NCBI GenBank assembly: GCA_035461765.1
Contig: DATHUY010000145.1
Coordinates: forward strand, 11,964 to 75,963
Direction: 5' to 3'
DNA from: Longimicrobiales bacterium
GTDB lineage: Bacteria; Gemmatimonadota; Gemmatimonadetes; Longimicrobiales; RSA9
DNA: 64,000 nucleotides
Position numbers and translations under genes: made by a program. The notes under the pieces were generated by a model that was not told where the DNA came from, ran no database searches, and worked only from the letters and a program-made list of their open reading frames with translations. How positions within the stretch are numbered: position 1 is the first letter of the stretch; each line of letters begins with the position of its first letter. Of the stretch, positions 1 to 8,603 are shown piece by piece.

Positions 1-58
1 ACTTCTCGTATTCGCTGGGGGGCGGCGGCAGAATGCGAGGCGGGCCGCGCCGTTAATT

Positions 59-217
59 ACCCGGACCCGGCTTCACTTTACGTTTTTTCGCGTTCCAGAC
101 ATGGGATGTCCACCGGTTCTGCCGGTGAAGGGGTCAATTTCCACCGCAGGCGACTCGCCGCTGTAGCAAACCCATGGCCGGACGGGGCGTTTTCCTAAAG
201 TGAAGCCGGGTCCGGGT
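59..217. repeat. 22-bp perfect inverted repeat (59-80 / 196-217) enclosing a 115-bp non-coding core; MITE-like or structured-RNA-like element
   Basis: ACCCGGACCCGGCTTCACTTTA (59-80) is the exact reverse complement of TAAAGTGAAGCCGGGTCCGGGT (196-217). The interior has local hairpins (CACCGG-TTCTG-CCGGTG at 111-127; CATGGG 100-105 / CCCATG 171-176). Only an implausible antisense ORF covers it. Confidence 0.6.
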
Positions 218-243
218 GGTGTCCGGGTGGTGTCCGGGTGGTT
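211..243. repeat. 11-bp tandem repeat x3 (TCCGGGTGGTG), continuous with the right arm of the inverted repeat
   Basis: TCCGGGTGGTG TCCGGGTGGTG TCCGGGTGGTT read directly at 211-243, abutting a TTGACA hexamer. Confidence 0.8.
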
Positions 244-270
244 GACATCGACGGTGCGCGAGGGGAGTAT
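242..270 (+). promoter_or_regulatory. Possible sigma-70-like promoter for the beta-lactamase-like operon
   Basis: TTGACA at 242-247, then a 17-nt spacer and a weak -10-like GAGTAT at 265-270, about 60 nt upstream of the ATG at 331. The -10 match is poor. Confidence 0.2.
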
Positions 271-330
271 GACGACAGTGCCGGGCGTGACGGCAATGTG
301 GTTCGTACTCCCTTCTGCATCGTTGAATTC

Positions 331-1332
331 ATGCGCTCTCTCATGCGTGCCGCTGCCGCGATCATCCTGCCGTGGCTCACGGCCGGCTGGACGGTCGATG
401 TCCATGCCCTCGATCATCGCGCTCTGCATGGTGACGGGCATGGAGTCCTGACCGTCGCAGTCGCGTCCGCGGCTGCCGATACGGCCGACCTGCGGCGCGC
501 GCTCGAGCGGATCACGTCATCGTTCGCGGGGGTCGTGGGCGTCAGCGTGCGCAACCTCGCAACTGGTGAGCAGATGTCGATCCGGGGTGCTGAGAAGTAC
601 CCGTCCGCGTCGCTGATCAAGGTGCCGATCCTGGTTACACTCATGGACGAAGTCGCGCAGGGTCGCATGCAGCTGGGCGAGCGATCAATGATGATCGCGC
701 GGGACCGTGTCGGCGGGTCGGGCATCCTGAAGCACATGGATTCCGGCGCGTCCCTCAGTCTGGAGGACCTCGCCTGGCTGATGATCACGCTGTCGGACAA
801 TACCGCCACTAATCTGCTGCTGGACAAGCTCGACATCGCGACGGTCGGCGCGAAGATGGAGGCGCTCGGGCTGCCGGAAAGCAAGGTCCATTCGAAGACG
901 TTCCGCCGACAGACATCGATCGCGATGGATTCGTCGGCGCGGTACGGCCTGGGCGTGGCGACGCCGGACGAAATTGTGGAGCTGTTCACGATGCTGCACG
1001 AGGGCCGCGCCGTGTCGCCGGCGCTCGACTCACTCGCGCTGCGCATGCTGCTGGCCAACCAGGATGGCAACATGCTGGTACGCTGGCTGCCGGGCGGCAC
1101 TCGGGTCGCGCACAAGAGCGGGTCCGTGGACGAGGCACGCAATGACTGCGGCATCATGTACTCGCCGGCCGCGCCCGTGGCGCTGTGCGTGATGACCCGC
1201 GAGAACGTTGAGACATCGTACGCAGTGGACAGTCCCGCGCACCTGCTGATTGCGGGCATCGCGCGCGAAGTGTTTCGCCATTACAACCCGGCCGTGCCGC
1301 TGCCCGACCTGCCGGCGATTAGCGGGCACTAG
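331..1332 (+). CDS. Class A beta-lactamase-related serine hydrolase, exported
   Basis: SxxK (PSASLIKV), SDN (LSDNTATNLLL) and KSG (AHKSGSV) motifs in class A order. Hydrophobic N-terminus MRSLMRAAAAIILPWL. Start trimmed from 238 to the internal ATG at 331. Confidence 0.8.
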   Translation: MRSLMRAAAAIILPWLTAGWTVDVHALDHRALHGDGHGVLTVAVASAAADTADLRRALERITSSFAGVVGVSVRNLATGEQMSIRGAEKYPSASLIKVPILVTLMDEVAQGRMQLGERSMMIARDRVGGSGILKHMDSGASLSLEDLAWLMITLSDNTATNLLLDKLDIATVGAKMEALGLPESKVHSKTFRRQTSIAMDSSARYGLGVATPDEIVELFTMLHEGRAVSPALDSLALRMLLANQDGNMLVRWLPGGTRVAHKSGSVDEARNDCGIMYSPAAPVALCVMTRENVETSYAVDSPAHLLIAGIAREVFRHYNPAVPLPDLPAISGH

Positions 1333-1335
1333 GCG

Positions 1336-2766
1336 GTGCGAGAACGGATCCTCCAGCTCGAGCGGATCGCCCGCCCCCTCGATCCCGGTACCACGCGACG
1401 ACGTCACCTGCGCAGCGCAGCAGTGGCCTCCACTGAGCGGTTCCTGCGTCGGATCGAAACGGCGCGAGCGTACGAGGAGACCGGTGACGCCGGGCTGCGG
1501 TTGCTGGAGACGCCGATCTCCGAGCACGGAATTCCACTCCGCGACGCGATCGACATTCTGGAACACGATGTGGTGCGTCCCGGTGGCAACCCCGCTTCGG
1601 GCGGGTACCTCGCCTACATACCGGGCGGCGGCATCTATCACAGCGCGTTGGGCGACTTCATTGCGGCGGCAACCAACAAGTACGCGGGCGTATTCTTCGC
1701 CGGACCGGGTGCGGTGCGGATGGAGAATCTGCTCATCCGGTGGACGGCCGACCTGGTGGGGTATCCTGCGGGTGCGGGCGGTAACATTGCGTCGGGCGGG
1801 AGCATAGCGAACCTGACCGCGATCGCGACCGCGCGCGACGCGCACGGTCTCAAGGGTGCGGACTATGCGCGCGCCGTCGTTTACCTGACGACGCAGGCGC
1901 ACCACAGCATCGACAAGGCGCTGCGCATTGCCGGTATGGCGGAAGTGCAGGTTCGGCATATCGCAATGGATGAGCGGTATCGCATGCGTGCCGATGTCCT
2001 CGCGGATGCAGTCGCCCGGGACCGCGCCGACGGCCTCGTGCCGTGGCTCATCATTGCGGCGGCGGGTACGACTGACACGGGGGCGGTCGATCCGCTCGAC
2101 GCGATTGCCGACATTGCCGCGCGCGAGCGCTGCTGGTTTCACGTGGACGCGGCGTACGGCGGGTTCTTCCTGCTGACGGATCATGGTCGCGCGCTGATGC
2201 GCGGCATCGAGCGCTCGGACTCGGTGATCCTCGACCCGCACAAGGGCATGTTCCTGCCGTACGGATCGGGCATAGTCATCGTGCGTGTTGGCGCGGCCCT
2301 CGCGCACACGCACAGCTACACCGGGGCGTACATGCAGGATGCATTGCGCGCGCCGAGCGAGGTGTCGCCGGCGGACGTCTCGCCGGAGCTCACGAAGCAC
2401 TTCCGCGCGCTGCGCATGTGGCTGCCGCTGGTGCTGCTCGGCACGAAGCCGTTCCGCGCCGCGCTCGACGAGAAACTTCTGCTCGCGCGCTATTTCCGGC
2501 AGGAGATCGGACGGCACGGCTTCGAGGTGGGGCCGGAGCCGGACCTGTCGGTGGTCACGTACCGGTGGGCTCCCGAAGGCATGAGTCTCGCCGATGCGAA
2601 CCTGAAGAACGAGCAGATCGTCGATGGCGTGAGAAGGGATGGCCGGGTGTTCCTGTCATCGACCATGCTGGACGGCCGCTTCACGTTGCGGCTCGCGGTG
2701 CTGGCGTTCCGAACCCACCTGCGCACGATCGACCTGGCGATCCGGGTTCTTCTGGACCAGGTCTGA
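1336..2766 (+). CDS. Pyridoxal-phosphate-dependent group II (aromatic amino acid/glutamate-type) decarboxylase
   Basis: Motifs SGGSIANLTAIATAR, WFHVDAAYGG and the PLP-lysine motif ILDPHKGMFLPYGSG. GTG start 3 nt after the upstream stop. Confidence 0.8.
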   Translation: MRERILQLERIARPLDPGTTRRRHLRSAAVASTERFLRRIETARAYEETGDAGLRLLETPISEHGIPLRDAIDILEHDVVRPGGNPASGGYLAYIPGGGIYHSALGDFIAAATNKYAGVFFAGPGAVRMENLLIRWTADLVGYPAGAGGNIASGGSIANLTAIATARDAHGLKGADYARAVVYLTTQAHHSIDKALRIAGMAEVQVRHIAMDERYRMRADVLADAVARDRADGLVPWLIIAAAGTTDTGAVDPLDAIADIAARERCWFHVDAAYGGFFLLTDHGRALMRGIERSDSVILDPHKGMFLPYGSGIVIVRVGAALAHTHSYTGAYMQDALRAPSEVSPADVSPELTKHFRALRMWLPLVLLGTKPFRAALDEKLLLARYFRQEIGRHGFEVGPEPDLSVVTYRWAPEGMSLADANLKNEQIVDGVRRDGRVFLSSTMLDGRFTLRLAVLAFRTHLRTIDLAIRVLLDQV

Positions 2767-2768
2767 AC

Positions 2769-2817
2769 CGGGATTCGGGAGCCGGAACGGGAGCGTGTTC
2801 GATTTCGGGATCGGGAA
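2769..2817. repeat. Copy of the GGGAWCGGGA / GYGTGTYCG intergenic repeat family (locus 1)
   Basis: CGGGATTCGGGAGCCGGAACGGGAGCGTGTTCGATTTCGGGATCGGGAA lies just after the decarboxylase stop. The core CGGAACGGGAGCGTGTTCG (2783-2801) matches cores at 6839-6857, 6918-6936 (minus strand) and 56677-56695. Confidence 0.65.
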
Positions 2818-2907
2818 TGCTCGTGAGCCGCATGAGGCGGGTTGATCGGTAGTGGCCGACGACATTCTCAGCTGGCGAGCTCGCGTTCGACCAACAGAGG
2901 AGCACAC

Positions 2908-5556
2908 ATGATCGGTCATATCCGATGCAAAACGTCCGGGTATTCCCGCTACGGAGCCGCCATTGCGGCCGCGCTTCTCATCACGGCCTGCGCGTCGGTC
3001 GCACGCGCGCCGGTGCCATCCGGTGATGTTCCTCCCGCCATCGAGCGGGAGTTTCGCGGCGTCTGGATAGCCGCGGTTTCCAACCTGGACTGGCCGTCAC
3101 GGCCCGGTCTGCCGACCGACTCGCAGAAGGCGGAGCTGATCCGGATGCTGGATCGCGCGCGCGAGCTGCGACTCAACGCCGTGATCTTCCATATTCGTCC
3201 GGCGGGCGACGCTCTGTACGCGTCGGACCTGGAGCCGTGGTCGGAGTACCTGACGGGTCAGCAGGGCAGGGCGCCGGATCCGTACTACGATCCGCTCGAG
3301 TTTGCGGTCGCGGAGGCGCATGCACGCGGGCTCGAGCTGCACGCATGGTTCAATCCGTATCGCGCGCGCCATCCGTCCGCACGCGGCGAGCTGGCCGCGA
3401 CGCACATCGCGAACACCAGCCCGGACCTGGTAAAGAACTACGGCAGCTACCTGTGGATGGATCCGGGCGAGCCCGCAGTCCGGCAGAGGAGTGTGGACGT
3501 AGTGGTGGACGTCGTTCGTCGCTACGACATCGATGGGGTCCACATCGACGACTATTTCTATCCCTACCGGGAAGTCGGGCCGGACGGGCGTGAAATCGAC
3601 TTCCCGGATTCCGCCAGCTACGCACGCTATCGCGCCGGCGGTGGATCGCTAGGCCGGAGTGACTGGCGTCGCGCGAATGTCGACCTGTACGTCGCGGAGC
3701 TGTATGCGGCGGTCAAACGCGTCAAGCCGCTGGTGAAGGTCGGCATCAGTCCGATCGGCACCTGGCGGCCGAACGTGCGGCCGCAGCTCGGCGGGTTCGA
3801 CGCCTACGAGTCGATCTTCGCGGACGCGCGGAAGTGGGTGATGGATGGAGACCTCGACTACCTCGTGCCGCAGCTGTACTGGCCAATCGCGCGCACGGAC
3901 GTGAGCTTCCCCGTGCTGCTCGACTGGTGGGTGCAGCAGAACCCGCGCGGACGTGGCATGTACGCGGGGCTGATCCCCGGCAACGTCAATCTGGATACCG
4001 GCGGACGTGCCGGCTGGGCGCCGGATGAGATCATTGGTCAGATCTACATCACGCGTGGACGTCCCGGCGCGGAGGGCCACGTGCACTTCAGAATGGGCAG
4101 CCTGATGCCCGATGGCGCATTCGGTCCCATCGCGGGTGCGGACACGCTGCCGCCCGCGCGGCTGGATTCCATTCGCGCAATGCAGGCCCGTGCGCAGGCG
4201 CGCCGCGACACGATGACGGCCAAAATGATGCGCGAGACCTATGCACGGCCGGCCCTCACGCCGGCGATGACCTGGCTAGATGATGACGCGCCGCCGACAC
4301 CGCGTTCGGCACTGCGCGCGAGTGGTGACAGCACGGTCGTGATGATCGAGCCGGGTCGTGGAGAGACCGCGTTCCTCTGGGTCGTGCAGTCGCGCTGGCC
4401 GGACGGTTGGCGCACGGAGGTCATCCCGGCGTCGACGCGCCTGTGGACTGCAGGCCGCTCTTCCGGCGGGAGCGGCAGGCCGGTCGCGGTATGGGTGTCG
4501 GCCGTGGACCGCAGCGGCAACCAGAGCCCGCCGTCGCAGTCGCTGGCGATGACGTCGGGGAACACGGAGGCTGCCGCCGCACCGGAGCGTCCGGCCGTCA
4601 CACCGGAACGCGCGGCCGTCGCACCGGAGCGCACGGCGGTCGCACCTTCACGGCCGCAGGCTGCCGCCGCAGCACAGAGGCCGGAGCTGCCACCCGGTGT
4701 GATTCCGCACTCGCAATGGGAAGCGTCGCCGCCGCTCGGGCATGCCGCGGACGCAACGCGCCGCAACCTCCGGCCGGGCGATCGTCTCGCGTTCCGTGAC
4801 ATGAGCGTAACAGTGCTCGGGACGGACTCCGACACCACCACCGACAGGAGCACGGCCGACATCGCACGGTTGCGGCTCGCGCGCGGCGAAGTACAGGAAG
4901 AGCGGGAGGTCACCGAAGGTCAGGCCTTCAACTGGCAGGGTTATCACATCGCCATCGTCGCGGTGTACGGGCCGGGCGAGCTCGGCGCCGGACTGACAGC
5001 GGTGGAAGTGGCGACCGCGGAATCTCTGCCGCGGGAGGTCGCCACTGCCACGACCGCGGGTGGTGCGGATCTGCGGTTGCGCATTCCGCACGAGATCACG
5101 CACGTCACACTGCATCACACGGGCAGCGTGCAGCCGCTGCGGCCGGAGGATGATCCCGTGCAGAAGCTGCGCGGGCTGCAGTCGTGGGGGGCGAGTGACC
5201 GCAACTGGTGGGACGTGCCGTATCACTTCCTGATCGACCTCGACGGCCGCGTGTACGAGGGCCGCGACTGGCGCTACATGGGTGAGACGAACACGACGTA
5301 CGACCCTCGCGGGCATTTCCTCATCAGTGTCATCGGCAATTACGGCCTGCAGGAGGAGACGCCTGCGCAGGTGGAGGCGATAGCGGACCTGATGGCGTGG
5401 GCGATCGCGCGATTCGATCTGCCGCTCGATCGCATAGGTGGACACTACGACTACGCCGATACGACCTGCCCCGGTGAGCACCTGAAGCAGTATCTCGAGG
5501 ATGGCACCCTGCGACGGATGGTGGAGCGGCGCCTCGCCGAGCGGGGGATGCAGTGA
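2908..5556 (+). CDS. Fusion protein: N-terminal GHL10-type glycoside-hydrolase-like domain (YngK/DUF4015-like) plus C-terminal N-acetylmuramoyl-L-alanine amidase (Amidase_2/PGRP) domain
   Basis: N-terminal part: EFRGVWIAAVSNLDWPS, LNAVIFHIRPAGDALY, LHAWFNPYR, GVHIDDYFYP. C-terminal part: VTLHHTG, WWDVPYHFLIDLDGRVYEGR, ISVIGNY, DTTCPG. Lipoprotein-like N-terminus (ALLITACAS). GGAG lies 9 nt before the ATG at 2908. Confidence 0.75.
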   Translation: MIGHIRCKTSGYSRYGAAIAAALLITACASVARAPVPSGDVPPAIEREFRGVWIAAVSNLDWPSRPGLPTDSQKAELIRMLDRARELRLNAVIFHIRPAGDALYASDLEPWSEYLTGQQGRAPDPYYDPLEFAVAEAHARGLELHAWFNPYRARHPSARGELAATHIANTSPDLVKNYGSYLWMDPGEPAVRQRSVDVVVDVVRRYDIDGVHIDDYFYPYREVGPDGREIDFPDSASYARYRAGGGSLGRSDWRRANVDLYVAELYAAVKRVKPLVKVGISPIGTWRPNVRPQLGGFDAYESIFADARKWVMDGDLDYLVPQLYWPIARTDVSFPVLLDWWVQQNPRGRGMYAGLIPGNVNLDTGGRAGWAPDEIIGQIYITRGRPGAEGHVHFRMGSLMPDGAFGPIAGADTLPPARLDSIRAMQARAQARRDTMTAKMMRETYARPALTPAMTWLDDDAPPTPRSALRASGDSTVVMIEPGRGETAFLWVVQSRWPDGWRTEVIPASTRLWTAGRSSGGSGRPVAVWVSAVDRSGNQSPPSQSLAMTSGNTEAAAAPERPAVTPERAAVAPERTAVAPSRPQAAAAAQRPELPPGVIPHSQWEASPPLGHAADATRRNLRPGDRLAFRDMSVTVLGTDSDTTTDRSTADIARLRLARGEVQEEREVTEGQAFNWQGYHIAIVAVYGPGELGAGLTAVEVATAESLPREVATATTAGGADLRLRIPHEITHVTLHHTGSVQPLRPEDDPVQKLRGLQSWGASDRNWWDVPYHFLIDLDGRVYEGRDWRYMGETNTTYDPRGHFLISVIGNYGLQEETPAQVEAIADLMAWAIARFDLPLDRIGGHYDYADTTCPGEHLKQYLEDGTLRRMVERRLAERGMQ
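4582..4644 (+). repeat. 21-bp in-frame tandem repeat x3 inside the fusion protein linker (PER-x-AV-x heptads)
   Basis: CCGGAGCGTCCGGCCGTCACA / CCGGAACGCGCGGCCGTCGCA / CCGGAGCGCACGGCGGTCGCA encode PERPAVT PERAAVA PERTAVA. Confidence 0.85.
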
Positions 5557-6800
5557 AACTGATGCCTCTCGACCAGGGCAGGCGCGTGCGGACTGCTGCG
5601 TTCTCGCTGCTGCCGGCACTCTTCATTGCCTGCGGCACCGACTCTCCGAGTCAGCCGCGGGACCGCTCGCCGGCCGCGCTCGCGATCGAGGGCGGCAGCG
5701 GCCAGACTGCCGTGGTCGCCACCAGCACCGGGGCGCGGCCGACCGTACGGATAACCGACGAATCGGGTGCGGGCGTGGCCAATATCCGGGTGACGTTCAC
5801 GGTCACGGCAGGAAATGGCTGGGTGACCGATGCGACGGTCACGTCGGACGCGGCGGGTCACGCCGCAACCACGTGGTACCTGGGGCCGGCTCCCGCAACC
5901 ACTCAGACGCTGCGCGCGAGCGCGGCCGGCTTCTCCGCGGATTTCTCCGCCACGGCCACACCGCTGGTCGCAGGAGTCAGGTACACCGGGGTCAACTCAT
6001 ACGTCGAGTTCATCGCCGGTGACATGGCGGTCATCATCAGCGCGCCTCATGGCGGCACGCTCCAGCCGTCCTCCATTCCCGATCGCAGCGCCGCCGGAGC
6101 AACGGTCATCCGCGATGCGAATACCGATGATCTTGCGTTGGCCATGAGGTCAGCCTTCGAATCAAGTACGGGGGGAACACCGCACATTGCGGTCATGCAC
6201 CTGCACCGCTCAAAGGTGGATGCCAACCGCGACATCGGCGAGGCCGCGGAGGGGAACCGTGCCGCTGAGCACGCATGGCGCGAGTACCATGGCTTCATCG
6301 AGGCTGCGCGGCACCATGTGGCGACGCAATACGACCGCGGCTTGAATATCGATCTGCACGGTCATGGCCATGATGTGCAGCGGCTGGAGCTCGGCTACCT
6401 GCTCACCGCTGCGCAGCTCGCGGGCGATGATGCGTCACTGAACGACGCGTCAATCGTGCAGCGCAGCTCCATCCGAGCGCTCGCGGAGTCGTCCACCGCG
6501 ACACATGCGCAGCTGCTGCGCGGGCCTGGCAGCCTGGGCTCCATGCTGGAGGCGCAGGGATATCCCGCAGTGCCGAGCTCGACGCAGCCGCATCCGGGTG
6601 TCGATCCCTATTTCACCGGCGGCTACAGCACGGCCCGGCACGGCTCGCGCGATGGCGGTACGATCGACGCCGTTCAGATCGAGGCGCATCGTGTGGGCGT
6701 GCGCGATACGGACGCCAACCGCCAGGCGTTCGCGGCTGCGCTCGCGCTGGTGGTGGAGTCTTGGTTAGATGTGCATTACGGGGCGGCGCTGGCCCGCTGA
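5553..6800 (+). CDS. Lipoprotein with an Ig-like N-terminal domain and an N-formylglutamate amidohydrolase (FGase, PF05013-like) domain
   Basis: Lipobox LFIACG. FGase-like motifs ISAPHGG, RSKVDANRD, IDLHGHGH. The GTG start overlaps the upstream stop (GTGA); the ATG at 5562 is an alternative start. Confidence 0.6.
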   Translation: MKLMPLDQGRRVRTAAFSLLPALFIACGTDSPSQPRDRSPAALAIEGGSGQTAVVATSTGARPTVRITDESGAGVANIRVTFTVTAGNGWVTDATVTSDAAGHAATTWYLGPAPATTQTLRASAAGFSADFSATATPLVAGVRYTGVNSYVEFIAGDMAVIISAPHGGTLQPSSIPDRSAAGATVIRDANTDDLALAMRSAFESSTGGTPHIAVMHLHRSKVDANRDIGEAAEGNRAAEHAWREYHGFIEAARHHVATQYDRGLNIDLHGHGHDVQRLELGYLLTAAQLAGDDASLNDASIVQRSSIRALAESSTATHAQLLRGPGSLGSMLEAQGYPAVPSSTQPHPGVDPYFTGGYSTARHGSRDGGTIDAVQIEAHRVGVRDTDANRQAFAAALALVVESWLDVHYGAALAR

Positions 6801-6837
6801 AACATCATCCGGATCGATGTTCGCTGGTCAACGAACC

Positions 6838-6937
6838 CGGGATCGGGATCGTGTCCGGTCATCGGGATCGGGACCGCGGCCCACAGCGTCATCCCTCGCC
6901 GGTCCCGATCCCGACCACGGACACGCTCCCGATCCCG
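6838..6937. repeat. Long imperfect palindrome built from two inverted copies of the GGGATCGGGA...GTGTCCG repeat (locus 2); probable bidirectional terminator between convergent genes
   Basis: Arms 6838-6876 and 6900-6937 pair over 15+8+11 bp with one small internal loop. The apical loop is 23 nt. It sits between the stop at 6800 (+) and the stop at 6950 (-). Confidence 0.75.
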
Positions 6938-6949
6938 CTCCCGAATTCG

Positions 6950-8518
6950 TTACCGACGCGACAGCACTCGCCCGTACAGCATTTCACTGAATGCGCCGTC
7001 AGCGATCGCGAGGCGGCCGTTCACGAGCACGTGCACCATGCCTTCGGCGAGCTGGTGCGGATCCTGGTAGGTAGCCGCGTCCCGGACGCGGGCGAGGTCG
7101 AACACGACGATGTCGGCATACGCGCCCTCCCGCAGCATCCCGCGGTCGCGGACGTTCATGACAGTCGCGGGCAGGGATGTCATCGAGCGGACCGCCTGCT
7201 CCAGCTCGATCACGTTCCGCTCGAGCACGTACGTCCGTAGCTTGCGCGGGAACGTGCCATAGGCACGGGGATGCGGCACGCCGCTGCCCATCTCGACGAG
7301 TCCGCCATCGGATGCGGTCATGGTCCACGGCTGGCGCATGAGCAGCTCGATGTCGTCATCGTCCATGTTGAAGGATACGATGCTCGGGCTGCTGCGTTCG
7401 ATCATGGCGATCGCGGCATCGACAGGCTCGAGGCCCTGCTGTTCCGCGTATGCGGCCAGTGTCGAGCCCTCGACGGAATGGTCGGTCCACGACGCGAACT
7501 GGATGCGGCCGGCGCCGCCACGGCGGTCGAGGTTGTCGAGCATCTCGATACGGATACGTGCCCGCGTATCGGCGTGGGCGAGGCGCGCGCGCAGCGAGTC
7601 ATCGCCGCCGGCCTGCGCCCAGCGCGGCAGGAGGGCCGCGGCGAGGCTAGTCGAGGATGCGTCGTAGGGGTACTGATCGGCGTATACCTCCACACCCGCA
7701 TCGCGCGCGCGCTCGATACGCTTGACCAGTGCGCCGGCATAGCCCCAGACACGCGGTCCCAGTGCCTTGATGTGCGTGACAATGCCGGTGAGGCCGGCCT
7801 CGCGCGCGACGGTGATCACCTCATCGACGGCGGCCACCACCCCAATGCTGTAGTCCGCCTCGTCGCGGATATGGCTGGAATAGACGCCGCCGTGCTCGGC
7901 GGCGATGCGGGCGAGCTCGATCAGCTCGTCCGTCTTCGCGAAACTGCCAGGCGCGTAGTACGGTCCGCTCGACAGCCCGAACGCACCGGCCGCCATGCCG
8001 TCGCGCACGAGTGTCTGCATGCGCGCCATCTCGGCAGTGGTCGGAGCGCGGTCATCAGAGCCTAGCACGGCGCCCCGCACGGAACCATGGGGAACCATCT
8101 GAGCCACGTTGACACCGAGACCGTGGCGCAGCAGCGCGGCTCGCTGTTCGACCATGTCCACCGGCCCGCCGCCGTCCGGATTCACGAACACGGTCGTCAC
8201 GCCCTGCGCGAGCAGCGGCCGGGCGGCACTGAGTGTTTCACGCGCCAGGCCGCCGCCGGCGTGCGAGTGCGCGTCAATGAACCCGGGCGTCACGTACAAC
8301 CCGGCAGCATCGATGACGCGTGTCGCCGTGGCGCCGGTCAGGTCGCCAAACGCGACGATGCGGTCGCCACTGACGCCGATGTCGGCGTAGTACCACGGGT
8401 TGCCAGTCCCGTCGATGACACGGCCGCCACGAATCAGAACGTCGTATTGCGCAGACAGGGGCGCTGCCGCGGCAAGCAGCATGGCGAGCACCAGCAGGGA
8501 GGCGCGTCTACGTCGCAT
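6950..8518 (-). CDS. N-acyl-D-amino-acid deacylase (D-aminoacylase) family amidohydrolase, exported
   Basis: Motifs GFIDAHSHAGGG, VYSSHIRDE and THIKALG are typical of D-aminoacylases. Signal peptide MRRRRASLLVLAMLLAAAAPLSAQ. AGGAG lies 7 nt before the ATG at 8518; the ORF could also start at 8533 or 8587. Confidence 0.8.
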   Translation of the reverse strand: MRRRRASLLVLAMLLAAAAPLSAQYDVLIRGGRVIDGTGNPWYYADIGVSGDRIVAFGDLTGATATRVIDAAGLYVTPGFIDAHSHAGGGLARETLSAARPLLAQGVTTVFVNPDGGGPVDMVEQRAALLRHGLGVNVAQMVPHGSVRGAVLGSDDRAPTTAEMARMQTLVRDGMAAGAFGLSSGPYYAPGSFAKTDELIELARIAAEHGGVYSSHIRDEADYSIGVVAAVDEVITVAREAGLTGIVTHIKALGPRVWGYAGALVKRIERARDAGVEVYADQYPYDASSTSLAAALLPRWAQAGGDDSLRARLAHADTRARIRIEMLDNLDRRGGAGRIQFASWTDHSVEGSTLAAYAEQQGLEPVDAAIAMIERSSPSIVSFNMDDDDIELLMRQPWTMTASDGGLVEMGSGVPHPRAYGTFPRKLRTYVLERNVIELEQAVRSMTSLPATVMNVRDRGMLREGAYADIVVFDLARVRDAATYQDPHQLAEGMVHVLVNGRLAIADGAFSEMLYGRVLSRR

Positions 8519-8603
8519 TCCAGAACTCCTCATGTCAGAAGAAACGAGGGCCCCTCCCGGCGTGCTGCCGTGAGGGGCCCCGCTCACAACCCCTGTCGCC
8601 CGC

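Noticed and set aside
3-56. Possible 3' end of a plus-strand gene (frame ending in TAA at 54-56).
   Set aside because: Only 17 codons are visible (FSYSLGGGGRMRGGPRR*). It cannot be supported or assigned.
122-137. CCGGTGAAGGGGTCAA resembles the ACCGAAGGGGCAA core of glycine riboswitches.
   Set aside because: The other conserved glycine-riboswitch blocks (GGAGAG 5' element, CUCAGGCAAAAGGAC-like 3' element) are absent, and the downstream gene is unrelated to glycine metabolism.
73-441. 122-aa minus-strand ORF covering the inverted-repeat element and the 5' end of the beta-lactamase-like gene.
   Set aside because: No family resemblance. It spans the palindromic repeat and overlaps a well-supported plus-strand gene.
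1030-2517. Long antisense or overlapping ORFs throughout the track. Examples: 414-1259(-), 1030-2517(-), 4648-5619(-), 14989-16167(-), 16973-18262(+), 19272-20513(-), 23737-25248(+), 26590-27849(+), 36651-37847(-), 38789-40393(-), 41124-42539(-), 44109-45233(-), 49538-50800(+), 54101-55459(+), 60567-61547(-).
   Set aside because: Their translations are Arg/Ala/Pro/Gly-rich low-complexity strings with no recognisable motifs. Each lies opposite an ORF with clear family signatures. This is typical shadow-ORF behaviour in very GC-rich DNA, where stop codons are rare.
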